A stretch of 64,000 nt of DNA from Callorhinchus milii (taxonomy: Eukaryota), in contig NW_024704742.1 of assembly GCF_018977255.1 (NCBI RefSeq), positions 111,602,001 to 111,666,000 of the forward strand. Reading direction: 5' to 3'. The notes beneath the pieces were generated by a model. That model searched no databases. It saw nothing but the letters and a program-made list of their open reading frames with translations, and was not told where the DNA came from. The translations under genes were made by a program, and so were the position numbers. Position 1 is the first letter of the stretch, and every line of letters starts with the position of its first letter. This document shows, in pieces, positions 63,223 to 64,000 of the stretch.

Positions 63223-63847
63223 AACATGATACTAATTTTAAGCGGGGTGGGTGTAAAGAGCTATACACTAATGATACTGCTCTGAGTTGAATGGAATTGT
63301 TGTTTTCGTGATCTGGGAAATATTTAGCAAAAACACCCGTTACTCAGAAGGATTCAACCATGAGATATCTTCAGTTTATGGCCTTGATATGTCTCAAAGC
63401 ACTTCACACAACATGTTACTCTGATTTTCAGTGAGTGTGTGTTAACCAATGCAGTAAAGTCTCAATAACAGGTGAATAATTAGTCTGTGGTGAATTTAGG
63501 CGTGGGAAGACTATCCATCCTTAGAATCTTGAAAACTTCAATAAGTTTTATAGTTGCCTTAAAATAATTTATCAAGAGATATAAAAACTCATGATTCAGG
63601 CAGTGCAATGTTGAACCCTCATGACATCATCATTGCCTCATCTCCCACTTTAGTTTCCATTATTCTACATATATTTGAGATGTAGAATTATCAAATGAAA
63701 CTGACTTGTTGAAAGACAATGCTTTACCTTATTCATAAATAAGAATGATTAAACTGGATTTCCTCCTGGAATATCTGCTGTTTTATCTAAAGTCTGTGGT
63801 GTTGAGTATTCATCAATCTCAATGAGCTCAATGGCTATCAGCCATTC

Positions 63848-64000
63848 AGTCCTGTAGAGTATTGGCTAGAGCACTCACCTCGCAAACGAGAGGACCTGGG
63901 TTTAATTCCCTGGAAGGGCAAAACATTGGTCAAGTTTTCTTACTCCACACGCCTCTGTTTACTTAGCAGTAAGTAGGAATCCAGTTGTTAGTCGATTAGC
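63848..64000 (+). mobile_element. Long-form tRNA-derived SINE, cut by the window end
   Basis: Head followed by tactccacacgcctctgtttacttagcagtaagtaggaa..gttagtcgatt, as in 25468-25842. Confidence 0.85.

Overview
AT-rich, CpG-depleted vertebrate genomic DNA that looks intronic or intergenic. The repeat complement points to a cartilaginous fish, possibly the elephant shark; this is an inference from family recognition, not a database match. No complete protein-coding gene, true tRNA/rRNA gene or CRISPR array is supported, and most ORFs in the track are retroelement fragments or chance frames. The window is dominated by: (i) a young tRNA-headed SINE with a Deu-like body and an L2-type 3' tail (8 near-full copies plus many 5'-truncated tails); (ii) an older DeuSINE/SacSINE1-like family; (iii) L2-clade LINE fragments, the largest at ~55.8-58.4 kb; (iv) at least two CR1-clade LINE families; (v) a 788-bp solo LTR with a 4-bp TSD nested in an L2; (vi) palindromic MITE-like elements and probable LF-SINE-like and Penelope-like relics. 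I did not find a convincing novel multi-gene system. The most interesting sequence-level signals are a multi-template insertion scar at 58.1 kb, loop swapping in the SINE/L2 3' recognition stem-loop, an ~85-bp micro-inversion through an L2 tail, a double-tailed SINE+L2 insertion, degenerate hammerhead-ribozyme-like motifs, a 100-nt hairpin and several enhancer-like unique segments. Boundaries of old repeats are approximate.
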